Assembly (NCBI GenBank): GCA_964490075.1
Contig: CAZBBK010000032.1
Span: forward strand, 1 to 63,261
Direction of reading: 5' to 3'
DNA: 63,261 bases
Source: an uncultured Gemmatimonadota bacterium
GTDB taxonomy: Bacteria > GCA-2686955
This document shows positions 40,556 to 50,820 of this stretch, piece after piece. The translations under genes were made by a program, and so were the position numbers. Every line of letters begins with the position of its first letter. Within the stretch, counting starts at the first letter, position 1. The notes under the pieces are model-generated. The model worked only from the letters and a program-made list of their open reading frames with translations. It did not search any database and was not told where the DNA came from.

Positions 40556-41722
40556 GTGGAAACAGTCACCCCCTTCGCAGAGATCATCGAGGAGATCAAG
40601 GAGGCCGGTGGGGAAGCCTTCAAGTACTGCTACCAGTGCGGCAAATGCGACGTCGTATGCCCCTGGAATCGGGTGCGGGATTTCAGCATTCGCAAAATCG
40701 TGCGCCAGGCCTCTCTCGGGCTGCCCGAGATCGAGCTCGACGATATCTGGCGCTGCACCACCTGCGGCACCTGCCCGCAACGTTGCCCGCGCGGCGTCGA
40801 GCAGATCGAGGTCGGCACCGCGATTCGTCGCATCGCTTGCGCCTATGATGTGTTTCCAGGTTCCGCACAGGCGCTGCCCGCCGCCACCGCCAGTCTCGAC
40901 AGCGACGGCAATCCCCTGGGCGAAGCGCGTGCCGAGCGCGACGCCTGGGCGAAGGGGCTCGGCGTCAAGCCCTTCGCCGAGGGCATGGAGATCCTCTACT
41001 TCGTCGGCTGCTACTACAGCTACGATCCGCGCAATCAGAAGATCGCCGTCGCCACGGCCAAGCTGCTGCAGAAAGCAAGCGTCGACTTCGGGATCCTCGG
41101 GGCTCGCGAGAGCTGCTGCGGCGAGAGCATTCGCAAGACCGGCAACGAAGATGCCTTCAAGGCGCTGGCGCGAGAGAACATCAAGGCCTTCATCGACCAC
41201 GGAGTGAAGCGGATCCTGGTCTCCTCACCTCATTGCTACCACACCTTCAAGAACGAGTACTCGGAGTTCATGATGAACCTCGAGGTCGTTCACATCGCCC
41301 AGTACCTGGCGGAGCTGATCGAGCAGGGGCGCCTCACGCTGCCCGGACACTTCGCGAAGCGGGTCGCCTATCACGACCCCTGCTACCTCGGCCGCCACAA
41401 TCGCGTCTTCGACCAGCCGCGGGAGGTGCTGGCGGCGGTCGATGGCCTGGAGCTGGTGGAGCTTCCCGATGCGCGCGAGAGCAGCCTCTGCTGCGGCGGT
41501 GGCGGCGGCCGCATCTGGATGCACACAGACAACGACGAACGATTCGGCAACCTGCGCCTGGCTCAAGCGCAGTCGGTCGGCGCGCAGGTGCTCGCGACCT
41601 CTTGCCCCTACTGCATCAGCAACTTCGAGGAGAGCCGCCTCGGCCTGCCCGACGACGATCCTCTGGTGGTCCGGGATCTCGTCGAAGTGGTGCTGGCGGC
41701 GCTCGAAGGAGAGCAAGCATGA
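40556..41722 (+). CDS. bamD: HdrC/HdrD-like Fe-S / CCG subunit
   Basis: CYQCGKC, CTTCGTC, two CCG domains. Confidence 0.88.
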   Translation: METVTPFAEIIEEIKEAGGEAFKYCYQCGKCDVVCPWNRVRDFSIRKIVRQASLGLPEIELDDIWRCTTCGTCPQRCPRGVEQIEVGTAIRRIACAYDVFPGSAQALPAATASLDSDGNPLGEARAERDAWAKGLGVKPFAEGMEILYFVGCYYSYDPRNQKIAVATAKLLQKASVDFGILGARESCCGESIRKTGNEDAFKALARENIKAFIDHGVKRILVSSPHCYHTFKNEYSEFMMNLEVVHIAQYLAELIEQGRLTLPGHFAKRVAYHDPCYLGRHNRVFDQPREVLAAVDGLELVELPDARESSLCCGGGGGRIWMHTDNDERFGNLRLAQAQSVGAQVLATSCPYCISNFEESRLGLPDDDPLVVRDLVEVVLAALEGEQA

Positions 41723-44700
41723 GTGCCTCCGATCGGTGCTTTGGCGATGTGATGGTCGTCGGCGGAGGGATCAGCGGCATTCAGGCCGCGCTCGACCTCG
41801 CCGGCTCCGGCTTCAAGGTCTTCCTGGTCGACAAGGCGCCGACCATCGGCGGCAAGATGGCCCAGCTCGACAAGACCTTCCCCACCAACGACTGCTCCAT
41901 GTGCATCGAGTCGCCCAAGTTCATCGAGTGCGACCGGCATCCCAACATCGAGATCCTGACCTACACCGAAGTCGATACCGTCGAGGGCCAGGCCGGCGAC
42001 TTCGAGGTCGTTCTGACCCACAAGGCGCGGTTCGTCAACGAGGACCTGTGCACCGGCTGCACGGTCTGCTCCGAGTATTGCCCCATCAAGGTTCCGGATC
42101 CGTTCAACCAGGAACTGTCCGACAACAAGGCGATTCACATCTACTTCTCGCAGGCTGTCCCGTTGGTGCCCTACATCGACGAGCGTTGCAGCTTCATGGA
42201 AGACCAGAAGTGCACCATCTGCGAGAGCGTCTGCAAGAACAAGGCGATCGACCTGCAAGCGAAGCCGCAGAAGAAGGTGGTCAAGGTCGGGGCGATCATC
42301 CTGTCCCCGGGCTACGGCGTCTTCGATCCGCGGCTGCGCGGCGACTACGGCTACGGGAAGTATCCCAACGTCGTGACCAGCCTCGACTTCGAGCGGCTTC
42401 TGTGCGCCACCGGACCGCACGAGGGTGAGATCCTGCGCCCTTCGGACAAGAAGCACCCGCACAAGATCGCGTGGATCCACTGCGTCGGCTCGCGGCAGAT
42501 CCTCGAGGGCGGCCACAGCTACTGCTCGTCGGTCTGCTGCTCCTACATCCAGAAGCAGGTGATCCTGGCCAAGGACCACGACGCCGATACCGAAGCGGTC
42601 ATCTTCCACAACGACATTCGCTCCTTCGGCAAGGACTTCGAGCGTTTCTACCAGCGCACGGCCGACCTTCCCGGAGTCGAGTTCATCCGCAGCTACGTCG
42701 ACGTGGGGCGCGAGATCCCCGAAACCAAGAACGTCACGATTCGCTACGCGACCGACGCGGGCGGAGTGCGCGAGCAGGAGTTCGACCTGGTGGTCCTGGG
42801 CGTGGGGCTCGGGCCGCCGGCGCAGGTCGAGTATTTGGCCGCGCAGTTCGGCATCGAGCTCGATCAGCACGGCTTCTGCAAGACCAATCCCGTCAATCCG
42901 ATCGAGACCACGCGCCCCGGGGTGTTCGTCAGCGGCGCTTTTCGCGCGCCGATGGACATTCCGGAATCGGTGATGGCCGCCAGCGGGGCCAACGCGCTGG
43001 CGGGATCGCTGCTGAAGCAACGCAGGGGCCGACTCGACACCGAAAGGGTGTACCCGGAGGAGCGGGACGTTCGAGAGGAAGAGGCCAAGGTCGGGGTCTT
43101 TGCCTGTCACTGCGGGGCGAATATTGGGCGAGTGGTCGACATCCCGGCGCTGGTGGAATACTCGAAGGGGCTGGGGAATGTCGCGCACGCCGAGGAGGGG
43201 CTCTTCATCTGCTCGACCGATGCCGCCGCGCAGATCGCCACCACCATCCGCGAGAAAGGGCTCAACCGCGTGGTGGTCGCGGCCTGCACGCCGCGCACCC
43301 ACGAGCCTCTTTTCCGCGACACGTTGCGCGAAGGCGGGATCAATCAGTACTTCTTCGACATGGCCAACATCCGCGAGCAATGCTCCTGGGTCCACTCCAA
43401 GCAGAAGGAGGAGGCGACACAAAAAGCCAAGGACATCGTGCGCATGTCGGTGGCGAGGACGATCGGCCTGGAGCCGCTCGAGGAGTTCGAGCTGCCGGTG
43501 AACAAGGCGGCCCTGGTGGTCGGCGGGGGCGTGGCCGGGATCAACAGCGCACTGGGGCTGGCCGATCAAGGCTTCGAGGTCCACCTGGTCGAGAAGGAGA
43601 AACACCTGGGCGGCATGGCGCGCCGGATCCAGACCACCATCGAAGGTCTGGACGTGCAGGCCTACCTGGGCGACTTGATTCGCCGGGTCTACCAGCATCC
43701 GATGGTCCAGGTCTCCCATCAGGCCACCATCACCGACGTCTCGGGCTTCGTCGGCAGCTTCGTCACCACCCTCGAGTCGGAAGGGCGGGTCAAGACCATT
43801 CGCCACGGCGCGGTGATCCTCGCCACGGGCGTGGACGAACACCGTCCCACGGAGTACCTCTACGGCGAGGACGAGCGGGTCTGGACCCAGCTCGAGTTGG
43901 AGGAGCGGATCGCCGCCGGCGACGAGAGGCTCGCAAACGCGAGCGCGCTGGTGATGATCCAATGTGTCGGCTGCCGCCAGGAGGGTCGCGACTATTGCGC
44001 CCGGATCTGCTGCAGCCAGGCCGTCAAGAACGCGCTCACGCTCAAGGCCGGCTTCCCGGAGATGAGTCTATATGTGTTGTTCCGGGACATGCGCACCTAT
44101 GGATTCAGCGAAGATCGCTATCGCGAGGCGGCCGAGAAGGGGGTCCAATTCGTGCGCTGGGAGCCCGGCGCCAAACCCGAAGTGGAGGCGGCAACCAACG
44201 AGCAGGGCAAGCCGATTCTGCGGATCAGCGTGGCCGATCCGATCCTCGGTCAGCGCCTGGCTCTCGACGCCGACCTGCTGGCGCTCTCGGCGGCCGCCGT
44301 GCCCGCCGCCGGCACCGCGGAGGTCACCCGGCTCTTCAAGGTACCGGTGAACCCCGACGGCTTCTTCCAGGAAGCCCACGTGAAGCTGCGCCCGGTCGAC
44401 TTCGCCGCGGACGGCGTGTTCCTGTGCGGCGCGGGCCACTACCCCAAGCATCTGCCGGAGGTGATCAGCCAGGCCTACGGAGCCGCGGGCCGGGCGGTCA
44501 CATTGCTCTCTCACGAGACCGTCACCGCCTCGGGGGCGGTGTGCGAGGTCGACGAGCAGGACTGCGTTTCCTGCGGCGCCTGCATCACCGCCTGCAGCTA
44601 CGGTGCGATCGGTTGGCGCGACACCGAGGCCGGCAAGAAGGCGACCGTGAATCCGGCGCTCTGCAAGGGCGACGGCCTGTGCTGCGCCAAGTGCCCGACC

Positions 44701-44844
44701 GATGCCGTCGTGCTGCGGCACTTCACCAACGAAGAGGTCTTCAACCAGATCGACGCGGCGCTCTCGGATTCGTGGGGCGGCAGCACCGACGAGCACTGCC
44801 ACAAAACGCTGAAAACCGAAGTGAGTATGGAGGTGGGAGTATGA
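41719..44844 (+). CDS. bamE: HdrA-like electron-bifurcating flavoprotein
   Basis: GGGISG, LDKTFPTNDC, second GGGVAG, ferredoxin motifs. Confidence 0.92.
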   Translation: MSASDRCFGDVMVVGGGISGIQAALDLAGSGFKVFLVDKAPTIGGKMAQLDKTFPTNDCSMCIESPKFIECDRHPNIEILTYTEVDTVEGQAGDFEVVLTHKARFVNEDLCTGCTVCSEYCPIKVPDPFNQELSDNKAIHIYFSQAVPLVPYIDERCSFMEDQKCTICESVCKNKAIDLQAKPQKKVVKVGAIILSPGYGVFDPRLRGDYGYGKYPNVVTSLDFERLLCATGPHEGEILRPSDKKHPHKIAWIHCVGSRQILEGGHSYCSSVCCSYIQKQVILAKDHDADTEAVIFHNDIRSFGKDFERFYQRTADLPGVEFIRSYVDVGREIPETKNVTIRYATDAGGVREQEFDLVVLGVGLGPPAQVEYLAAQFGIELDQHGFCKTNPVNPIETTRPGVFVSGAFRAPMDIPESVMAASGANALAGSLLKQRRGRLDTERVYPEERDVREEEAKVGVFACHCGANIGRVVDIPALVEYSKGLGNVAHAEEGLFICSTDAAAQIATTIREKGLNRVVVAACTPRTHEPLFRDTLREGGINQYFFDMANIREQCSWVHSKQKEEATQKAKDIVRMSVARTIGLEPLEEFELPVNKAALVVGGGVAGINSALGLADQGFEVHLVEKEKHLGGMARRIQTTIEGLDVQAYLGDLIRRVYQHPMVQVSHQATITDVSGFVGSFVTTLESEGRVKTIRHGAVILATGVDEHRPTEYLYGEDERVWTQLELEERIAAGDERLANASALVMIQCVGCRQEGRDYCARICCSQAVKNALTLKAGFPEMSLYVLFRDMRTYGFSEDRYREAAEKGVQFVRWEPGAKPEVEAATNEQGKPILRISVADPILGQRLALDADLLALSAAAVPAAGTAEVTRLFKVPVNPDGFFQEAHVKLRPVDFAADGVFLCGAGHYPKHLPEVISQAYGAAGRAVTLLSHETVTASGAVCEVDEQDCVSCGACITACSYGAIGWRDTEAGKKATVNPALCKGDGLCCAKCPTDAVVLRHFTNEEVFNQIDAALSDSWGGSTDEHCHKTLKTEVSMEVGV

Positions 44845-45605
44845 CAGCTCTTGGGCATACACCGAGAATCGTCGCTTTCCTCTGCAACTGGTGAGCGTAC
44901 TCGGCAGCAGACCTGTCTGGCGTGACCAGACAAAGCTACGCGACCGAAATCCGCATCATCCGGTTGATGTGCACCGGGCGAGTCGATCTCTCCTTCGTGA
45001 TCCGCGCCTTCCAGGGCGGAGCCGACGGCGTGATCATCGGCGGTTGCTGGCCCGGAGAGTGTCACTATGTGACCGAGGGCAACTATGATGCCCTGGGCAA
45101 CATGCTGATCTGCAAGAAGCTCTTGCGGCAGGTCGGACTGAGCTCCGAGCGGCTGCGCCTGGAGTGGATCTCGGCCTCCGAGGGGAACCGTTTCGCCGAG
45201 GTGATGAGCAGCTTCGCCGATCAGCTGCGCCGGCTCGGACCGCTCGGCGAGGGGGAGGCGATCGAGGCGCCGGATCTGCTGATCAAGCTCGAATCGATGA
45301 GTCGGCTGGTCCCCTACATCAAGCTGGTGGAGCGCGAGAAGCTGCGCGTCAAAACCCGCACCGAAGAGGCCTACCGGGCCTTCTACGAGAGCGACCGGGC
45401 GGAACGCCTCTTCCAGGAGCTGATTGCCGGCAAGCTGGCCGCGACGCAGATCATGCTGCTCCTCGAAGAGCAGCCGCTCTCGACGGCGGCGATCGCGGCT
45501 CGTCTGGGCTTGAGCCCGTCGGAGGTGTCGAGGCAGGTCCGAGACTCCTCGCGGCGGCACCTGATCCGATACGACACGGAAGAGAAGTGCTACGCCCGCG
45601 CGTGA
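44841..45605 (+). CDS. bamF: MvhD-like selenoprotein (Sec at TGA 44892-44894)
   Basis: FLCNW-TGA-AYSAADL at the conserved Cys position; MCTGRVD; GCWPGECHY. Confidence 0.9.
44906..44937 (+). promoter_or_regulatory. Putative bacterial SECIS hairpin
   Basis: TGTCTGG-CGTGA-CCAGACA stem-loop about 20 nt after the in-frame UGA. Confidence 0.7.
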
Positions 45606-45622
45606 ACCAAGCAGGAGATGCG

Positions 45623-46090
45623 TTGAAGACATCAGCGACCAACCACGAATCAGTCGATCGGATTGTCGAGGCTCACCTGGGCGAGGCCAGCTCGCTGATC
45701 CAGGTGTTGCTGGATGTGCAGGCCGAGGAGAGCTGGTTGTCTCAGGATGCTCTGGAGAGGATCAGCGAGAGGCTCGATGTGCCGCTCTCTCGGGTGCAGC
45801 ACATCGCCACCTTCTACAAGGCCTTCAGCCCGGTGCCCAAGGGCCGCCACCAGGTCCACGTTTGCATGGGCACCGCCTGTCATGTGCGCGGAGCGACGCG
45901 AATCCTGGACACGGTGCAGGATCTGACCGGGATCGAGTCGGGTGAGACCGACGCGGAGCTGAAGTTCAGCCTCGAGACCGTCAACTGTCTCGGCTGCTGC
46001 GCACTGGGACCGGTGATCGAAATCGACGGCAAGACTCACGGCAATGTCTCGACGGCGAAGACGGAAGACGTGCTGAAAGGCTACCGGTAG
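45623..46090 (+). CDS. bamG: NuoE-like 2Fe-2S subunit
   Basis: CMGTAC, NCLGCC; TTG start after AGGAG. Confidence 0.88.
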   Translation: MKTSATNHESVDRIVEAHLGEASSLIQVLLDVQAEESWLSQDALERISERLDVPLSRVQHIATFYKAFSPVPKGRHQVHVCMGTACHVRGATRILDTVQDLTGIESGETDAELKFSLETVNCLGCCALGPVIEIDGKTHGNVSTAKTEDVLKGYR

Positions 46091-46099
46091 AGGATCCCA

Positions 46100-48025
46100 A
46101 TGGCGCACTTCAGCACACCGACGGAGCTCGAGGACTACCGGCGAGGGCTGGTCGAGCGCAACGAGGCGCAGCGCCCCTGCGTCTCGATCTGCGCCGGAGC
46201 CGGCTGCCTGGCATCGGGCGCGAGCGACGTGATCGCCGCCTTCGAGTCGGAGCTCGCGAGCTCCGGGCTCGAGGCCGATGTCGACACCCGGGGCACCGGT
46301 TGCCCGGGCTTCTGCGAGCGGGGCCCGGTGGTGCTCCTCTACCCGGAGGGGACCTGCTACCTGGAGGTAAAGCCCGACGACGTTCCGGAAATTGTCGCCC
46401 GCGGCATCAAGAACAACGAGGTGGTGGAGCGCCTGCTCTTCGAGGACCCGATCACGGGCGAACGCGCAAAGCACGAATCCGAGATCCCCTTCTACAGTCA
46501 CCAGGAACGGACGCTGCTCTCGAGCAACAGCCTGATCGACTCCCGCCGGATCGACGACTACCTGGCGATCGGCGGCTACAGTGCGCTGGTCAAGGCGCTC
46601 TTCGAGATGAGTCCCGAGGAGGTGCTGGAGGAAGTCAAGCGCGCCAATCTGAGGGGGCGTGGGGGCGCCGGCTTCCCCGCGGGGCGCAAGTGGGAAGGCT
46701 CACGCAACGCCCCGGAGACCCCCAAGTACGTGCTCGTCAACGCCGACGAAGGCGACCCCGGAGCGTTCATGGACCGGGCGCTGCTGGAGGGGAATCCGCA
46801 TTCGATTCTCGAAGGTCTGATGATCGGTGGCTACACCATTGGCGCCCGGGAAGGCTACGTCTACGTTCGCCAGGAGTACCCCCTGGCGGTGGAAAATGTG
46901 ACGCTGGCGATCCGGCAGGCCGAAGAGTGTGGGTTGCTGGGTGAGGACATCCTCGGCTCGGGCTTCGATTTCTCGGTCCAGGTGCACCGCGGCGCCGGCG
47001 CCTTCGTCTGCGGCGAATCGACGGCGCTCATGACCGCCCTCGAGGGGCGCGTGGGAGAACCCCGGCCGAAGTACATCCGCTCCAACGTCAAGGGCCTGTG
47101 GCAGAAGCCCAGCGTGCTGAACAACGTCGAGACCTGGGCCAATGTGCCGCTGATCATCAATCGTGGCGCCGACTGGTTCACCCGAATCGGCACCGAGAGC
47201 AGCAAGGGGACCAAGATCTTCTCCCTGGTCGGCAAGATCAAGAACACCGGCTTGGTGGAGGTGCCGATGGGGATGCCACTGGCCGACATCATCTACAAGA
47301 TCGGCGGCGGAGTGCCGGAGGGAAAGAAGTTCAAGGCGGTGCAGACCGGGGGCCCCTCGGGCGGCTGCATCCCCGAGGAGCTGCTCAACCTGGAAGTCGG
47401 CTTCGACGAGCTGAGCGCGGCCGGCTCGATGATGGGCTCCGGCGGTATGATCGTCATGGACGAAGACAACTGCATGGTAGACGTGGCCCGCTACTTCATC
47501 GACTTCTTGACCGAGGAGTCCTGCGGCAAATGTGTTCCTTGTCGCGAGGGTCTGCGCCAGATGCACAAGATCCTGACCAACATCTGCGCGGGCAGGGGCA
47601 AGGACGGGGATATCGAGACCCTGGAGGATCTCTCGGAGGTCGCGTGTGAAGCTTCGCTCTGCGCCCTCGGCAAGAGCGCCCCGAACCCCTTCCTCAGCAC
47701 CTTGCGCTACTTCCGCGAGGAGTACCAGGCGCACATCACCGAGAAGCGCTGCGCCGCCCTCTCCTGCAAGGGACTGATCTCGTACTGGATCGATCCCGAG
47801 AAGTGCAAGGCCTGTTTGATCTGCCTGAGGAAATGCCCGGCGGAAGCGATCGAGGGTGGCAAGCGGGAGATCCACGTGATCGACCAGGAGAAGTGCGACA
47901 CCTGCGGCGTGTGTCTCGAGGTCTGCCCGGCTCGATTCGATGCCGTGAAGAAGATCTCCGGCGAACCGGTTCCGGAGCCGCTGCCGGAAGCGGAAAGAGC
48001 CATTGCAGCGGGAGCTGGACGATGA
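46100..48025 (+). CDS. bamH: NuoF-like NADH-binding FMN subunit
   Basis: LRGRGGAGFP, NADEGDPG, ESCGKCVPCREG. Confidence 0.92.
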   Translation: MAHFSTPTELEDYRRGLVERNEAQRPCVSICAGAGCLASGASDVIAAFESELASSGLEADVDTRGTGCPGFCERGPVVLLYPEGTCYLEVKPDDVPEIVARGIKNNEVVERLLFEDPITGERAKHESEIPFYSHQERTLLSSNSLIDSRRIDDYLAIGGYSALVKALFEMSPEEVLEEVKRANLRGRGGAGFPAGRKWEGSRNAPETPKYVLVNADEGDPGAFMDRALLEGNPHSILEGLMIGGYTIGAREGYVYVRQEYPLAVENVTLAIRQAEECGLLGEDILGSGFDFSVQVHRGAGAFVCGESTALMTALEGRVGEPRPKYIRSNVKGLWQKPSVLNNVETWANVPLIINRGADWFTRIGTESSKGTKIFSLVGKIKNTGLVEVPMGMPLADIIYKIGGGVPEGKKFKAVQTGGPSGGCIPEELLNLEVGFDELSAAGSMMGSGGMIVMDEDNCMVDVARYFIDFLTEESCGKCVPCREGLRQMHKILTNICAGRGKDGDIETLEDLSEVACEASLCALGKSAPNPFLSTLRYFREEYQAHITEKRCAALSCKGLISYWIDPEKCKACLICLRKCPAEAIEGGKREIHVIDQEKCDTCGVCLEVCPARFDAVKKISGEPVPEPLPEAERAIAAGAGR

Positions 48026-48618
48026 CCGATATCCGCTTGCAGATCGACGGCAAAGATGTCACGGCGACACGCGGAATGAGCGTCCTGGAGGCCGCCGAGG
48101 GCGCTGGAATATCGATTCCCACTCTGTGCCACCACGACTCCCTGGAGCCCTTCGGCGGCTGCCGGCTCTGCATCGTCGAGGCCGAGGAGCGCGGCTGGAC
48201 GCGGCTGGTCGTCTCCTGCGTGTTCCCCGTGGCCGACGGCCTGATCATTCGAACCCGATCCGAGAAGGTCGATCGGATGCGCAAGACCATCTTGGAGCTG
48301 CTCTTGGCTCATGCGCCCGATTCCCCCCGGCTCCAGGAGCTGGCCGGCGAGTACGGAGCGAACAAGGATCGATTCGAGCAAGAGGCATCGTTCTGCGTCC
48401 ACTGCGGATTGTGCGTTCGATACTGTGCCGAAGTGAAGGGGATGCACGCGATCGGCTTCATCGATCGGGGAATCAACAAGGAGATCAGCTTCCTTCCGAA
48501 GATCGCCGCCCAGGAGTGCGAAGGCTGCAAAGAGTGCTTCCCCCTGTGCCCCACTTCTTATCTGCAAGCGGCCTACGTGCTGCTGGAAGGTCTCGCGCCG
48601 ATGGCGGTGCGAAGGTAG
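48022..48618 (+). CDS. bamI: NuoG N-terminal-like Fe-S subunit
   Basis: IPTLC, GGCRLC, CVHCGLCVRYC. Confidence 0.88.
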   Translation: MTDIRLQIDGKDVTATRGMSVLEAAEGAGISIPTLCHHDSLEPFGGCRLCIVEAEERGWTRLVVSCVFPVADGLIIRTRSEKVDRMRKTILELLLAHAPDSPRLQELAGEYGANKDRFEQEASFCVHCGLCVRYCAEVKGMHAIGFIDRGINKEISFLPKIAAQECEGCKECFPLCPTSYLQAAYVLLEGLAPMAVRR

Positions 48619-48625
48619 CTCGAGG

Positions 48626-49459
48626 ATGTCAGAGATGCGAGCACGCCCTCTACGCGCCGGGATCTTCGCGGTCCTGGCTCTGACCGTGACCGCCTACTGG
48701 TGGGAGCCGGATCCGCGCACCGTGATGCGCCTGGCAACGACGACCAGCACCGCCAACTCGGGTCTGCTGGATCATGTGTTGCCGGAGTTCGAGAGGGACA
48801 GCGGCATCCGCGTCGACTTCATCCCCGTGGGCACGGGTCGAGCGTTGAGGTACGGGCGCTCCGGGGAGGTAGACGCGGTTTTGGTGCATGCGCCGCCGGC
48901 CGAGGAGGAGTTCGTGGCGCGGGGATTCGGCGTCGAGCGAGTGCCGGTGATGTGGAACGATTTCGTGCTGCTCGGCCCGCCCCGCGACCCGGCGCGGCTC
49001 GATTCCGCACCCGGTGCGGCGGAAGCCCTGCGGCGAATCGAGGCGAGCGCCAGCGTATTCGTGTCCCGCGGCGACGATTCAGGGACCCACCGCAAGGAGC
49101 GCGCCATGTGGCGGGAGGCCGGCCTGGATCCGCGCGGAGACTGGTACCTGGACGCCGGTCAGGGGATGGGACCCTGTCTTCTGATGGCCGACGAGAAAGA
49201 GGCATACATCTTGGCCGATCGCGGCACTTTTCTGTCGATGCGCGCGCGCCTCGAGCTGCGAATCGTGTACGAGGGTGATCCCGCGCTGAGGAACCCCTAT
49301 GCGCTGATCGCGGTGAATCCCACCCACTGCTCCGATGTTCGGCACGCCGAGGCGAACGAGCTGATCAGCTGGCTCACCTCGCCCCGCGGCCAGGCGCTGA
49401 TCGCCGATTTCCGCGTCGATGGAGAGCCGCTCTTCCGCGTCTACGGGAGCGAGGCATGA
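48626..49459 (+). CDS. tupA: Tungstate ABC transporter substrate-binding protein
   Basis: ATTTSTANSGLL, VGTG, SRGDDSGTH. Confidence 0.92.
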   Translation: MSEMRARPLRAGIFAVLALTVTAYWWEPDPRTVMRLATTTSTANSGLLDHVLPEFERDSGIRVDFIPVGTGRALRYGRSGEVDAVLVHAPPAEEEFVARGFGVERVPVMWNDFVLLGPPRDPARLDSAPGAAEALRRIEASASVFVSRGDDSGTHRKERAMWREAGLDPRGDWYLDAGQGMGPCLLMADEKEAYILADRGTFLSMRARLELRIVYEGDPALRNPYALIAVNPTHCSDVRHAEANELISWLTSPRGQALIADFRVDGEPLFRVYGSEA

Positions 49460-49484
49460 GCAGGCCCTTCTCCGGTCGTTGACG

Positions 49485-50183
49485 ATGCACTTTCTCCTCG
49501 ACTCCCTCTGGCAGGCCTGGGGCCTGATCGTTCACGGCGACGGGGAGCTGCTCTCCGCGCTCTTCGTGACTCTGAGGGTGTCGCTGACATCGACTTCGAT
49601 CGCGTCGCTGCTGGCGATTCCCGCGGCCCTCCTGATCGCCCGCCACGAGTTCCCCGGGAAGAGAACGCTGCTGCTCCTGCTGCGCTGCTCGCTGGCGCTT
49701 CCCACCGTCACGGTCGGTCTCTTCGTCTATGCACTCATCGCCCGCAACGCGCCGCTCGGGGACCTGCACCTGCTCTTCACGCCCACGGCGATCGTCGTGG
49801 GCCAGGTGTTGCTGATCGCTCCTTTGATCACAGCGATCGCGCACGGTGTCCTGGCCGAGAGCGCGAACGCGGTCCACGAGGAGGCGTTGCTGCTCGGTGC
49901 CAGCGCGTTTCAGGCCTCTCTCAAGGTGGTCGACGAGGCGCGCGGCGCGATTCTCACCGCGCTCATGACCGGCTTCGGGCGCGTCATCTCGGAGGTGGGC
50001 ATTTCACTGATGCTGGGCGGCAATATTCGCGGCTTCACGCGCACCGTCACCACCGCGATCACGCTCGAAACCAGCCAGGGACGCTTCTCGACCGCCTTCG
50101 CCATGGGCATCGTGCTGCTGGTCATGGTGCTTGCGCTCAACCTTCTGATTCAGCTCCTGGATGCCCGCCGCGATGCTCTTTGA
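49485..50183 (+). CDS. tupB: Tungstate ABC transporter permease
   Basis: LLFTPTAI and FGRVISEVG...GGNIRGFTR. Confidence 0.9.
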   Translation: MHFLLDSLWQAWGLIVHGDGELLSALFVTLRVSLTSTSIASLLAIPAALLIARHEFPGKRTLLLLLRCSLALPTVTVGLFVYALIARNAPLGDLHLLFTPTAIVVGQVLLIAPLITAIAHGVLAESANAVHEEALLLGASAFQASLKVVDEARGAILTALMTGFGRVISEVGISLMLGGNIRGFTRTVTTAITLETSQGRFSTAFAMGIVLLVMVLALNLLIQLLDARRDAL

Positions 50184-50799
50184 GATCGAAGAGGTCACGC
50201 TGCGACGCGGCGCGAGCTTCGTGCTGCGCGTCGATCGTCTCTCGTTCGGAGCGGGAGACAGAATCGCGGTGGTTGGCCCCAACGGCGCCGGGAAGAGCAC
50301 GCTCCTGCATCTGCTCGCCTTCCTGGAGAAACCCTCATCGCGGGCTCGATTCGTGTTTCGGGGCAAGCCGGCGACTGGAACGAGACGGAACCGGCAGAGC
50401 ATCGGGCTGCTCAAGCAGAGCCCCAGGCTCTTTCGCGGCAGCGTGCGGCGCAACCTCGCCTATCCGTTGAAGGTGCGCGGCACCGAAGCGGCTGAGAGAG
50501 CGTCGCGCATTTCCGAAACGCTGTCGCTTCTGGATCTCGGCGCCCACGGCGACACGCGGGTCGACAAGCTCTCCGGTGGCGAGAGGCGCCGTGTCGCGCT
50601 GGGCCGAGTACTGATCGCCAGGCCGCAGCTCCTGTTGCTCGACGAACCGACGGCGCATCTCGATTGTGCTTCCGCCGATCTGGTCGAGCGCGTGATCTCC
50701 GAGTGGCGGACCGGTCTCGTGCTGGCAACGCACGACCTGCACCTCGCGCACCGCGTGGCCACCCGCGTCATCACCCTCGAGGAGGGCGGAATGACGTAG
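50173..50799 (+). CDS. tupC: Tungstate ABC transporter ATPase
   Basis: GPNGAGKS, LSGGE, LDEPT. Confidence 0.88.
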   Translation: MLFEIEEVTLRRGASFVLRVDRLSFGAGDRIAVVGPNGAGKSTLLHLLAFLEKPSSRARFVFRGKPATGTRRNRQSIGLLKQSPRLFRGSVRRNLAYPLKVRGTEAAERASRISETLSLLDLGAHGDTRVDKLSGGERRRVALGRVLIARPQLLLLDEPTAHLDCASADLVERVISEWRTGLVLATHDLHLAHRVATRVITLEEGGMT

Positions 50800-50820
50800 A
50801 CCGCGGCTGTGGTCGCGGTC

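Noticed and set aside
45623-48618. Respiratory complex I or a hydrogenase
   Set aside because: No membrane Nuo subunits or hydrogenase catalytic subunit; the context fits BamGHI
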